Source of the DNA: an uncultured virus (IMG/VR IMGVR_UViG_3300028797_000152)
Taxonomy: Duplodnaviria > Heunggongvirae > Uroviricota > Caudoviricetes
Reading direction: 5' to 3' (one strand)
IMG/VR virus record: IMGVR_UViG_3300028797_000152
Coordinates: 1 to 64,000 of that record
DNA: 64,000 bases
Below, in pieces: positions 51,981 to 62,228 of this stretch. The position numbers and the translations under genes were made by a program. The notes beneath the pieces were generated by a model that saw only the letters and a list, made by a program, of their open reading frames with translations, ran no database searches and was not told where the DNA came from. Positions within the stretch are counted from its first letter, which is position 1. Each line of letters opens with the position of its first letter.

Positions 51981-54900
51981 TGTCAGAAAATAACAACAAC
52001 CAGAATTATTCAGGAAATCCATTCTTTGATTCAAGAACTTCTCCTGACCAGCGTCAAATGGCCGATATCATGTATCGTTCCATGCGTAGGGCACTTCATG
52101 ATGAAAGTGCTTCTAATCCTGGTGGTTTCAATCCTTCTAATTCATCTCAAAGTTTCTTTAGTGACCGAAGAGATGAAATGCAGTATAAACAGAGAGATAG
52201 ATATGAAGAAACTCGAAGTTATCTGCGTTCCGGAAACATAACTAGAGATTTCACAAAAGGTATTGAGAATCAACTTCTCAATTCTCTTACAGGTGGCGAT
52301 TTCAAGAAGGGCATGAATCGTGCTCTTGCTACATTCTCAAAACAATTTGGAGTAGAATTAAAAGACCTTCCCGGTGCATTAGGCAAAAATATTGGTAAGC
52401 AGATATTTGGTGACGGTAAGAATTCTATCTTAAATAAAGCTCTCCAAACTGCCGGTAATAAGTTAGCAGGTTCTAATTCTGAATTAGGCAAAGCAGTTGG
52501 AAATGTCATAAATAGTGCCGCAGGTTCAGGCGTTAAAGCGGCTGGACAAGCAATGGGTGATGTAGCCGCTGGCGGTGCACAAGTTACAGGTGCAATGGGA
52601 GAATTAACAGCCGTAGCATCTGCTGCCGCTCCTGTAATCTTAGGTGTAGTAATTGCGGCTAAGTTATTAAAACCAGCATTTGAAGGTCTTGTAAAGCTTT
52701 CTGAAGCTTTGCAAGCTGCCGCTACTCGAAGAGAAGAAAGTCGTAAGAAACAATCTGAAGAGGCTCAAAAGAGACTTAAGGCAGATATGGAGTATATGGC
52801 TCGTGAGCCTTTTGAAATACTCATGAATGCTGCTAAGAAATGGGAAGATGCATGGGATGCAAATCTTGCCAAAATCTCTTTAACTCAAGGCTATACAAAA
52901 GAAGATGTCTACGATTTATATTCTAGTGTATCTGAGAGATTAATCAGTGAAGGATTAGGTTCAGTAATTCCTGCTACTGATATTATCAATAATCTCAGTT
53001 CTGTATTAGAGAGTGGATTAAGCGGAAAGATTGCCGAAGAGTTTGCTTACGAAGCCACTAAATTAACTGCTGCAGTACCTACTGAAAACTTCTTAAGTTA
53101 CGGAAGTACTTATGCTCAGTTAATATCTGACGCTACTGCACAGGGAATGGCTCAAGCTGAAGCAGTTCAGTATGCTAATCAGCAGTTAGAAGCATTTGCT
53201 AATAATCTCTTATATTCAAGCAGAAATCTTTCAGGTGGTTTAGGCACAGGATTAAAAGATGCTTCTAATTTACTCAGCAGTGCTGTTGCTATTGCCCAAT
53301 CTGCAAAGAGTGGAAATGCCGCAGATATCTCAGGTACACTTACTTCTGTATCTGCTATAGTAAGTTCTGTTGCTCCTGATTTAGCATCAGGATTAGTTGA
53401 CAATGTAGTTAAAGCAGCGATTGGCGGAAACAGTGATACAATCGTTGCACTTCGTTCCCTTTCTGGAATGAATGCAAGCAATACAGAGTTCTTAAAGCAG
53501 TTAGCAAATGACCCTCAAGGCTTGTTTGTAACAATATTTAAGAACCTTGCCAACATGCAAAATATGTCTCCCGACAATTATATGGAAGTCGCAGAAGGAC
53601 TTTCATCTATATTCGGAATAGACATGAAGGCATTTGCAAGGGTTGATTTCAATAACCTTGCAGACAAGATTGCCGAGATGAACATCAACAGTGGAGCATT
53701 AAGTGAGAATATGTCACTCCTTGCTAGTGGCGAAGCTACAATGTCCACTGAGCAACTTAAACTTCAAGAAATAAATAATACAATTCTTGAAGAAGGACTT
53801 GCGTATGTAATTGATAGTGAAGCTGGCCGAATGGTTCAGCAACATATGTGGGAAGAGCAGATTGCACAACAGATGCAAGAAGCAACTTATGCTGTAGAAA
53901 TCCAAGGTTCTGCATTAGCATTCCTTGAAGGCATTCGTGAAACAATTGTAAATCTCCTCAATTTCTTGAATCCTATTTCATATGCTGCAAATAGCATTGC
54001 AAACATGGATGCTTCAGTTAAAGAAGTCGAAGAAAGACGAGAAGATATTGCAGAAATTCTTCAGTTAAGTGCTGTAGGTTCTAATCAACAAGCCCTTACA
54101 AACTTAGTTACAGTAGGACAAGATTTGGCCCTTGTAAGACCTCTTATCGAGATGATGGGCGGCAAGTCTAATGTTACTGACTATGTTACACCCGATGGGG
54201 TTAAAATTGCTACAGCAATTGGAACAGTTTTTAGCCCTGCAGGTCCTTTGGGTGCATTGGAGAATCAGTTAGTATTAGGTGCATTAGCCGGTGACCCTAC
54301 TGCTGCCTTATTGACAGGAGGCGCTGAAGGATTCAACAATGCATATTATTCTGGTGGTGGCCTCCTTGGTTGGATGCAAGATAATTCAGGATATACTAAC
54401 ATTTCTGCTAAAGCCGGAGCATCAACAGGTTCATCTATAAGTTCAATTTATTCTGGATTCAGCGTAGGAAAGAGTGCAGCTTCGTTATCTTCTGCATCAA
54501 GCAAAGGTTCACTTCCTGCTATAATAAAGAATATAACTGCTACGGCTGCTGAAAATGCTATGGCATTATCAAATGCTAAGTTCCAAGAATTTCTTGACAG
54601 TGCAGAAGAAGCATCTAAGACAATGTCTTGGGAAGCATACAAAGAAACATTAAGTGACTACGGTCTTTCAGATTGGGACGAAGCACTTAGTAACTACGGA
54701 AGAAGTGAAGCCGAGATTCAAGGTTACTTCCAGGCCAACCAAGCAAGAGAAGGTGCTTTACAAGAAGCAGCAAGAAAAGAAGACGAACAGAAATTCAGAG
54801 ATGAAACTAGAGCCTTCTGGGACTTCGATGCAGGCACAAGCGGAATTTATCAAACCGCTATGTGGCTTCCATTCATAAATGATGAATTCAAACCATTCTT

Positions 54901-55417
54901 TGATTCAGGTGCAAGATATGACCAGAGAATGGATGCTGTAGATATGGCATTATCTAATATACAGATTAAGGAAGACATGATTGGAAGTAAACTCGGAGAT
55001 GCTAAAGATTTTACTGTCATTAGTGCTTTAGAATTGTTGAATACAAATTTCCATAAGACATTTGTTTCAACTTCAAGTGTATTCCAAAAGTGTTTAGCAG
55101 ATTGGATAGGCTATATTGGCCGTGTAGGTAAATATAGTGAATCAATTTCTGGTGCAAGTGCTTGGAGTGATTTAAGACAAGCAGAAGGCGATGCACAGAA
55201 TGAAACATTATTAGCATTAGCAAATGCAATGAATGTATTCAGTGCAGATGAATTAAAGAAACTTGACCCTCAGATGCAAGCAAATGCATTGTTAGGTAAG
55301 ATAGTAATCATACTTGAAGCAATGATGCAACAGCAGAATACACAGGCAGGCGGTTTATCGCTGATAGATACGATGAGTGCACTTGGTTTAGGTGTAACCC
55401 AGCGTACATCAACATAG
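51980..55417 (+). CDS. Tape measure protein
   Basis: 1145 aa, Ala/Gly/Ser-rich helical sequence with hydrophobic segments; follows the chaperone. Confidence 0.75.
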   Translation: MSENNNNQNYSGNPFFDSRTSPDQRQMADIMYRSMRRALHDESASNPGGFNPSNSSQSFFSDRRDEMQYKQRDRYEETRSYLRSGNITRDFTKGIENQLLNSLTGGDFKKGMNRALATFSKQFGVELKDLPGALGKNIGKQIFGDGKNSILNKALQTAGNKLAGSNSELGKAVGNVINSAAGSGVKAAGQAMGDVAAGGAQVTGAMGELTAVASAAAPVILGVVIAAKLLKPAFEGLVKLSEALQAAATRREESRKKQSEEAQKRLKADMEYMAREPFEILMNAAKKWEDAWDANLAKISLTQGYTKEDVYDLYSSVSERLISEGLGSVIPATDIINNLSSVLESGLSGKIAEEFAYEATKLTAAVPTENFLSYGSTYAQLISDATAQGMAQAEAVQYANQQLEAFANNLLYSSRNLSGGLGTGLKDASNLLSSAVAIAQSAKSGNAADISGTLTSVSAIVSSVAPDLASGLVDNVVKAAIGGNSDTIVALRSLSGMNASNTEFLKQLANDPQGLFVTIFKNLANMQNMSPDNYMEVAEGLSSIFGIDMKAFARVDFNNLADKIAEMNINSGALSENMSLLASGEATMSTEQLKLQEINNTILEEGLAYVIDSEAGRMVQQHMWEEQIAQQMQEATYAVEIQGSALAFLEGIRETIVNLLNFLNPISYAANSIANMDASVKEVEERREDIAEILQLSAVGSNQQALTNLVTVGQDLALVRPLIEMMGGKSNVTDYVTPDGVKIATAIGTVFSPAGPLGALENQLVLGALAGDPTAALLTGGAEGFNNAYYSGGGLLGWMQDNSGYTNISAKAGASTGSSISSIYSGFSVGKSAASLSSASSKGSLPAIIKNITATAAENAMALSNAKFQEFLDSAEEASKTMSWEAYKETLSDYGLSDWDEALSNYGRSEAEIQGYFQANQAREGALQEAARKEDEQKFRDETRAFWDFDAGTSGIYQTAMWLPFINDEFKPFFDSGARYDQRMDAVDMALSNIQIKEDMIGSKLGDAKDFTVISALELLNTNFHKTFVSTSSVFQKCLADWIGYIGRVGKYSESISGASAWSDLRQAEGDAQNETLLALANAMNVFSADELKKLDPQMQANALLGKIVIILEAMMQQQNTQAGGLSLIDTMSALGLGVTQRTST

Positions 55418-55457
55418 GACCTTTTATAGAGATATAATTACATATGGAGGAAGATAA

Positions 55458-58364
55458 ATGCATTTCCAAACATTTAATGTAGCAACAACCAATATATTCC
55501 CGCTCAGTAATTCAACAAAAGGCGGTCAATTAGTTACAGAATATAATCTTCGTTCAAGAGAGATGGTAGGAACAGACCCACAGATAGAATACGAAGTGGG
55601 GCCTTCCTATACACATGGAATGAACGATTTTGCTGTTAGTTTACTTTCCTCAATGGAGGCACCGGAATACGATTCTACACAGACTTATACAATTGGTGAT
55701 TATGTAACATACAATTCTGTTACATATGTTTGTACACAGCCGATAGTAACTCCCGAGCCTTTTGATTCATCTAAATGGACTATTGTTAATGCAGCATCTT
55801 GTATCCTCCAGATAGCTCCTGGTAGAGCAGTAATCAATGGACATTATGTTCAGACTCTTGCTCCAATGATTATCGATTTAGCTCTTGCAAATGCACAATT
55901 AGCAAAAGATTATAAACCGCCGCTCATTGGTGAGTTAGTAGTAGGTATTAGGGCTTATTATAGCACAGAAGCCACTATGTCCGGTTCAATGTTGATTGAA
56001 AATGAGGATAATGTATATATTGGAATTCAGTTAGTTGTTGAAAAGAAAGAAGATTTTAGAACACCTTCTGATTGTCCTACAGATAGGTCACAAGTAACTG
56101 CAGACCTCAAGTTAGCAGATTTTATCTACATCAATGGAACAATCAATCCTGCGGCAATCGTTCAAAATAAGAATAAAGTATCATATATCAATTCATCTAG
56201 GATTGACGATATTTCTAAGGTACTTGATGATAACTTCGTATCAAAGAAAAATCTTAATCCTCACATGTTATATACATTCTCCGGTCAGGGAGGAAGTAGC
56301 GATAAATCTACTTGGTGTGATTCAACAGGAAGCCTCATGGTATGGGATGCAGACCCTCAGAATACTATAAGCACTATCAATCCTAATGAAGCAGTTCCTC
56401 AAGCAACATTCTTAACAACAAATGACGGATTTGTCCACTTAGCAATTCCCCATCAGCAGATTGATTCTATGAAGAATACTGCTGGTGATAATGTTTACTT
56501 CGGATTAAGAGATATTAAATTACCTAAAGCAAATTATCTTTCGGGAAGTGCCGGAACTGTTGATAACGAATATACACAAGTAATAAAAAATCTTGCAGAG
56601 AAGTTAGGTGGACTTAAACAGTCGCCTGCAGGCAACATGGTCCTTTGGTTAGATACAAAAGATTCAGATTATGTAATGCCTACAATTCCTGCAAATTACA
56701 GTAATGGAGATTATATCTTCGTTAGAGAAGATTATACTGCAAATACTACAGAAGATGACGGAGCGTCTCCTTCAACAATGTATAAGGTCTTGCCTGGAAC
56801 AGTATCAAATGTTGGATATTCACAATCACTTCCTACAGGTGTAAGATTAGGTGAAACTTCCGTATCAGTTTGGGCTGGAGATAATCCAGGTGTTACTGTA
56901 AATGACCTTAAGCATCTTGCAGATTTCTACGAAACAAGCACAAATTATAGAGTGAATGATTATGCAGCCTACAACGGAGGTCTGTACAAGTGTAACACAG
57001 CTACTACAGGCGATTGGAATCCTGAGTATTGGGATAAGATTTTCAATGAAGATGCAACAACATTATTCAACTTTGCAACATATAGAGGAACATTAAATGC
57101 CGATTACTTCGAGGTATCTTGGCATAATGATTCAGACACTGAAATAACTCCGCTGTACTACAAAGTAATTGGAACAGGCCCTAGAACTTGGTCAGATTAT
57201 ATATTAGTAACAGGTGGAATTCCTCTTGCAGCAACAACACAGATAGGTGGATTCTACAATACAGATTCTACATATACAGACGCAGGATATGTAACTCTTG
57301 ATGAGACCGGTCGACTTAAATTGATTGACTATTCTTTACTTCGTTCTGGTACATTAGCATATCAATTAGGAGAAGATGTTACATTAGCAAGTAATATTAC
57401 TTATCCTACTATCCAATCTAACCTTGATGAATATGTAAACAACAGAGTAGCGTTCCCGTTCACTCCATACCTTGGTGGTACAACTCCTGTAATAAATGTC
57501 TATATAACACTTCCTCAGTTAGGTGATGACGATGACCCGGCGAGTGTGAATATTTACAATATTGATTCAAGATTCGGAACAGCCGTTACATTACATATCT
57601 TGGGTAATGCAAATGCTAAAACAATAATCAATATTATTGATTGTGAGAAGATTAAGATTGATAGTAACATATCCGGCACACCTGTAATAAATATAGTTAG
57701 AAGTTGTATATATTATGATGCAAATATTTTCAACTATATTAGGGTTTGTGATGTTAACCATTATAGGGCTACATCATTCACTGGATTACAAGATATTACA
57801 TTATGGTACGATAGGTTCAACGAAACAGACCCGGACCTCCTTGTAAATGGAATGGAAGTTTCACAGCCTAATGCACCAATGACAGTAGAAGATATTGCAT
57901 TCTGGGATGAAGATAATCCGAATGATAACCATTATTCTGCAGCACTCAGGAGCATAACTCTTGGAGGAAACGGTGACATAATTGAGTGTAGCATTTATGT
58001 TTCAAATGGTTCTACAGCAACTAATGTAACGACAGGTAGGTCAATAATCGGAGGAACATTCAACTTGCCTCAAGGTTCTGAATTGATTTATCCTAATAGG
58101 TGCTTATCAAAGCCTCTTAAAGTAACAGGTTCGTTTACAACCGCTTATATAGTGCAGAATGCACAGTGGGTCGTTATTGCTACTAACTTTACAGTATATA
58201 CAGGAACATATGATGTCACAACAGATGTAACTTCGTCAGGAACAATAGCATTTGATTCAATAACAGACATAGTAAATTCTGAAAATATGACAATGGGCGT
58301 AGACAGTATTGATGGTTGGGAACCTGGTTCGTATCATATCTTCAATGGAGGGTCAACAATCTAA
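55458..58364 (+). CDS. Large tail/baseplate structural protein with two CBM5/12-like modules
   Basis: IAPGRAVINGHY; YDSTQTYTIGDYVTYN…W and YETSTNYRVNDYAAYN…W; Thr/Asn/Ser-rich. Confidence 0.6.
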   Translation: MHFQTFNVATTNIFPLSNSTKGGQLVTEYNLRSREMVGTDPQIEYEVGPSYTHGMNDFAVSLLSSMEAPEYDSTQTYTIGDYVTYNSVTYVCTQPIVTPEPFDSSKWTIVNAASCILQIAPGRAVINGHYVQTLAPMIIDLALANAQLAKDYKPPLIGELVVGIRAYYSTEATMSGSMLIENEDNVYIGIQLVVEKKEDFRTPSDCPTDRSQVTADLKLADFIYINGTINPAAIVQNKNKVSYINSSRIDDISKVLDDNFVSKKNLNPHMLYTFSGQGGSSDKSTWCDSTGSLMVWDADPQNTISTINPNEAVPQATFLTTNDGFVHLAIPHQQIDSMKNTAGDNVYFGLRDIKLPKANYLSGSAGTVDNEYTQVIKNLAEKLGGLKQSPAGNMVLWLDTKDSDYVMPTIPANYSNGDYIFVREDYTANTTEDDGASPSTMYKVLPGTVSNVGYSQSLPTGVRLGETSVSVWAGDNPGVTVNDLKHLADFYETSTNYRVNDYAAYNGGLYKCNTATTGDWNPEYWDKIFNEDATTLFNFATYRGTLNADYFEVSWHNDSDTEITPLYYKVIGTGPRTWSDYILVTGGIPLAATTQIGGFYNTDSTYTDAGYVTLDETGRLKLIDYSLLRSGTLAYQLGEDVTLASNITYPTIQSNLDEYVNNRVAFPFTPYLGGTTPVINVYITLPQLGDDDDPASVNIYNIDSRFGTAVTLHILGNANAKTIINIIDCEKIKIDSNISGTPVINIVRSCIYYDANIFNYIRVCDVNHYRATSFTGLQDITLWYDRFNETDPDLLVNGMEVSQPNAPMTVEDIAFWDEDNPNDNHYSAALRSITLGGNGDIIECSIYVSNGSTATNVTTGRSIIGGTFNLPQGSELIYPNRCLSKPLKVTGSFTTAYIVQNAQWVVIATNFTVYTGTYDVTTDVTSSGTIAFDSITDIVNSENMTMGVDSIDGWEPGSYHIFNGGSTI

Positions 58365-58915
58365 TGTCACTTATTCACGACATTATCAAGATAAAGTATT
58401 CAAATCTGGGTTATCTGCCTGGATATCCTTATCATTTGATTTCAGATAAGGAGATGTTTACTGCCTTTATCAACTTAGAAAATGATTCATCAGAACATTT
58501 CTTTGAAGATAATTATCCTAATCCTTTTGCAGAAGAAGATTTGATATACAAGAAACTAGACAAAGATGGCAATGTAATAAGTGAAGTAAGTCTTAGCGAA
58601 GAATATCAGAAACTTAAATCATATATTGTATCTCTAGTAACTTACTATGTTAATGGTCAGATATTGGAACTTCCTGATTGGATTTATACCTATATGTTAG
58701 GTGAGGTTGTATATAATAATTCAGACTATTTGGACATATACGATACATTAATGCTCTTAGGTGCGAATAATATAGACAATACCTTTACTAATCAAACATG
58801 CGCTCTTTGTTACGCAACAAGTCTCAAATATGTATCTACACTTACAACAGGATTGAGACCTCCTACAGTGTTTGGTGAGCCTCATGTAATTAAGCAATTA
58901 AGATTGGAGGAATAG
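58364..58915 (+). CDS. Hypothetical protein in the tail module
   Basis: ATG 58364 after GGAGG. Confidence 0.55.
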   Translation: MSLIHDIIKIKYSNLGYLPGYPYHLISDKEMFTAFINLENDSSEHFFEDNYPNPFAEEDLIYKKLDKDGNVISEVSLSEEYQKLKSYIVSLVTYYVNGQILELPDWIYTYMLGEVVYNNSDYLDIYDTLMLLGANNIDNTFTNQTCALCYATSLKYVSTLTTGLRPPTVFGEPHVIKQLRLEE

Positions 58916-58919
58916 TTAA

Positions 58920-59912
58920 ATGAGTAAATATTTACCTGTAACTCCTAATACTACTTTATCTGACCTTTCAGATATAGTAGGTGAAAGATATGTTGATTAT
59001 GTCCTTAATGTTAATGGACTTAAAAGAGCTGTAAATATCGGAAGGCAGTTACAAGATAGAGATACGTCAGGTACAACAGACGCTCAAACTAAAAGACATA
59101 TACTCAATTCAACCGTTTCAGATTCAGATGTATATGAAAGGGCTGCTTTAGGTACTGAGGCAGATTGGTGCTCTCTTCAGAGATATGGAACATTTGAAGG
59201 TCATATCATAATACCTCCTGAAGTTGATGTTCCGTTGTCAACAGATATATTAGGAAACGGAGAGCCTGTTAGCACCGAAGTTTATAGACGATGTGATGAG
59301 TCACTCAAAACTAGAGGATTTGTAGACCCTGTTATATTCTCAGACTACAGTGTAATGAACACAGCCGCTTATGGTATGTCTGATACTTATAAAGTAAGTA
59401 ATCCGTTTGAGTGGTTTAACTTACCTTGGGGCAAAATTAGTTTATATTCTTCTATAAAGAATGAGTCCATGGATTTTCCGGTCTATCCTGAGGAATATTC
59501 TGATGGTTACCAAGCAAATTATGACCAGATGCCTAGTATGCTTTATCAATATGAGCCGTGGTTTGTATACAAAGATTCTGGCCCCAGGACAAATTCATTT
59601 ACATTCAAGATGCATAGAGATATGTGGTCCGGAGACCACAGAGATGGTCTTGCAAACAAGTTAGTAAGATTCTGTGAAGCAAATTGCTTCCCTGAGTATC
59701 AAGGCTCGGCAGTAATAACTCCTACAGTTACATTATATCTTAACGGAAATAATTTAATAACAGGAGTTATGACATCTTGTAAGGCTGATTGGGGCGGACC
59801 TATTGGCCTTGATGGACATTGGTTAGAACTCACACTTTCACTTGAAATAACAGAAGTTTCGCCTGAAGCTCTTAACTACAATACAGTAATGAATAAGGGG
59901 TTAGAAGCATGA
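58920..59912 (+). CDS. Baseplate tube-initiator-like protein
   Basis: FPVYPEEYSD…YKDSGPRT…PEY…GVMTS…W…LEITEV pattern; LysM-like start. Confidence 0.5.
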   Translation: MSKYLPVTPNTTLSDLSDIVGERYVDYVLNVNGLKRAVNIGRQLQDRDTSGTTDAQTKRHILNSTVSDSDVYERAALGTEADWCSLQRYGTFEGHIIIPPEVDVPLSTDILGNGEPVSTEVYRRCDESLKTRGFVDPVIFSDYSVMNTAAYGMSDTYKVSNPFEWFNLPWGKISLYSSIKNESMDFPVYPEEYSDGYQANYDQMPSMLYQYEPWFVYKDSGPRTNSFTFKMHRDMWSGDHRDGLANKLVRFCEANCFPEYQGSAVITPTVTLYLNGNNLITGVMTSCKADWGGPIGLDGHWLELTLSLEITEVSPEALNYNTVMNKGLEA

Positions 59913-60337
59913 TACCAACTAATGATTTAACAATTCCCTATGATGAAGTAAACTATTACGGAATTGAGTATGGTGTATGTATCGACTATAACCATATTTC
60001 AAGATATAGAAATCTCAGGCAAGTTACTCATCATACAGACACTTCTGATAGATATATAACTCTTGAAACTGTTAATCCACTGACTACAAACAACTTAGAT
60101 GTAATCTATCATGTAGTAGAAACAGGTGAAGAAAACAGGCTTGATTTGATAGCAAATACTTACCTAGGTTCTCCTACATATAGTTGGGTCATTGCTTATT
60201 TCAACAAGATTGAAGATGGCTATACTGTAAGAGAAGGTCAGACGCTTATAATACCTAAGACAATTACTTCATTATTCTCTGAAGGTGAATTACTTGCATC
60301 TATTACAGCCTTATCATTAAACTTAGGAGAGGAATAA
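59909..60337 (+). CDS. LysM-like baseplate wedge protein (gp53/tail X-like)
   Basis: HVVETGEENRLDLIANTYLGSPTYSWVIAYFN…GQTLIIP. Confidence 0.75.
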   Translation: MIPTNDLTIPYDEVNYYGIEYGVCIDYNHISRYRNLRQVTHHTDTSDRYITLETVNPLTTNNLDVIYHVVETGEENRLDLIANTYLGSPTYSWVIAYFNKIEDGYTVREGQTLIIPKTITSLFSEGELLASITALSLNLGEE

Positions 60338-60338
60338 T

Positions 60339-61784
60339 ATGCTCAACAATTGTTTCTGCAACTTCGTATTCGCAGGAGTATCGTTGACGGAATTTGGACT
60401 GAAAATTCCTTCTCCTTTCTGTTCTCTTGAATTATCAAATTCACAAATAACATCATTCACATCTTGGACATTAAATGTAGTTGTTGGTGGAGATGACACT
60501 AAGAAGTCAAATGTAGCCGCATTTGAAGCATTACTTTATTCTGCTGCACAAGATGCAAGCAAATATGCAAATTCAAGCGGAATACCCGTATCTTTCATGT
60601 TTGGCTGGCTTAATAATGATGGCTCTATCGGAGCGAGTGTAGCATATCAAGGATTTACTTTGAAGTTCCAATGTTCCACAGATGGAAGATTCATGAGATA
60701 TACAGTTACAGGATATGCTTCTATTGGAGTGAAGGCAGCAATGCCTGTTTATCATTTTCCGGCTGTTCACGGAATGGTTCAACCTTCTGCATTAGTTGAA
60801 GCAACTTACAGAAGTTTAAAGATGGATAGATACTACGACCTTGACATTGACCACAATGATGCTCCTACTTATGTAAATCATGGTGCAATGACAACAAGTG
60901 TGAATGGTTATATTAGGGGACACTATTCTACTGAAGACGATTATGAGAGTTGGCCTGGTTGCTTAAGATTATCAAAATCCTATAGTGGAACAAGAGATGC
61001 TGCTGGACTTAAATCAGGTGTGCGTAAATTAAGTTGCTTGATGAATAATCTTCAAGATATATCTACATTAGGCGGTTACTTGAAGAAGAGTATAGTAGAC
61101 GAAACTCCTCAATGTTCTTCTTTCTCTCACTGGGTTGAGGAACCTACAATGACAAGAAAGGGAACCATCCACTACAAGAGTAATGCAGGACTGATTTCTA
61201 TGCATAATGGAGATACTCTTGAGTATGGTACGGCTAATACAAATATTCTTTCATTAAGTGGTTCGTATAATGGTGTTGCATACAACATGACAGATATGAA
61301 ATTTGCTCAAATCGGATTTTCAGTTGACGGAAGTGGTAACACTATTGTTCAAGATACTAAAGTAGTAAATAGCTGGTCGGCAACTCTTGGAGATGTTTAT
61401 CAGACAGTCAATATTATCAATGATGTAAATGCTTTAGCATCTCAGTTCTCAGGAGATTTCAAGATAACTATTCCTGGTAATGTTAATCAGTACACAGTAG
61501 CACAACCTGTATCGTTATTAGTAGTATCCGGAAATACAATTTCACCTGTAACTGGAATTTATAATGTAGTTTCTGTTGACCATAGTATTAGTAATCAATT
61601 TACGACCACACTCAAGGTACAGAGATTGGTTATGAGTTCTGCTAACGAAGTTGCATCTTCCCAAGGAATTACTATAGCAAATGGTTCAAGCAGTAGGTCA
61701 TACAGCAAATCAAATAATATAATATCTGCATATAAAGTAGATTTTGGAACTATGTATCCGACGTTTGAAGATGTATCTGCTTAA
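60339..61784 (+). CDS. Putative baseplate hub (gpD/gp27-like)
   Basis: ITIPGN…TGIYNVVSVDHSI…FTTTLKVQR. Confidence 0.55.
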   Translation: MLNNCFCNFVFAGVSLTEFGLKIPSPFCSLELSNSQITSFTSWTLNVVVGGDDTKKSNVAAFEALLYSAAQDASKYANSSGIPVSFMFGWLNNDGSIGASVAYQGFTLKFQCSTDGRFMRYTVTGYASIGVKAAMPVYHFPAVHGMVQPSALVEATYRSLKMDRYYDLDIDHNDAPTYVNHGAMTTSVNGYIRGHYSTEDDYESWPGCLRLSKSYSGTRDAAGLKSGVRKLSCLMNNLQDISTLGGYLKKSIVDETPQCSSFSHWVEEPTMTRKGTIHYKSNAGLISMHNGDTLEYGTANTNILSLSGSYNGVAYNMTDMKFAQIGFSVDGSGNTIVQDTKVVNSWSATLGDVYQTVNIINDVNALASQFSGDFKITIPGNVNQYTVAQPVSLLVVSGNTISPVTGIYNVVSVDHSISNQFTTTLKVQRLVMSSANEVASSQGITIANGSSSRSYSKSNNIISAYKVDFGTMYPTFEDVSA

Positions 61785-61796
61785 GGGAGGTTATAA

Positions 61797-62228
61797 TTGA
61801 ATCAAGTATTATCAATTCTAACTGGCAAGCAGGTAGATTCTTCTGTTATAGATAGGGGCTTCTGCGGAACAAAGCAAGTAAATGCTGGCTGCTACATCAA
61901 GTGTGATAAAGTATACAGTATTTATAGCGGAGTTATATTAGCAACGGAAGTCGACCCTGAAACTGACACATGGTCAGTTACTCAAGAAGTAAATTCACAA
62001 TTCTGGCTCAGATATTGTAACCTCAGTAAAGTGAATGTTTCTGTGGGTAGCAATATAACATTATCTAACTACATTGGAGATACAACAAAAGGCTTAGTTA
62101 GATTAGAATACTGCAATGCAGAATCTTCTTCATTTCCTGTTAGAATCTTATCTCAGCAATTGTATAAGCAAGACCCTACTCCTATAATATTTGGTAAAGT
62201 GAATATGTTTGAGGTGCCTCATGCCTAA
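61797..62228 (+). CDS. Degenerate M23-peptidase-fold protein
   Basis: VYSIYSGVI, RYCNLSKVNVSVG, IG…LEY…DP; metal-binding histidines absent. Confidence 0.4.
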   Translation: MNQVLSILTGKQVDSSVIDRGFCGTKQVNAGCYIKCDKVYSIYSGVILATEVDPETDTWSVTQEVNSQFWLRYCNLSKVNVSVGSNITLSNYIGDTTKGLVRLEYCNAESSSFPVRILSQQLYKQDPTPIIFGKVNMFEVPHA

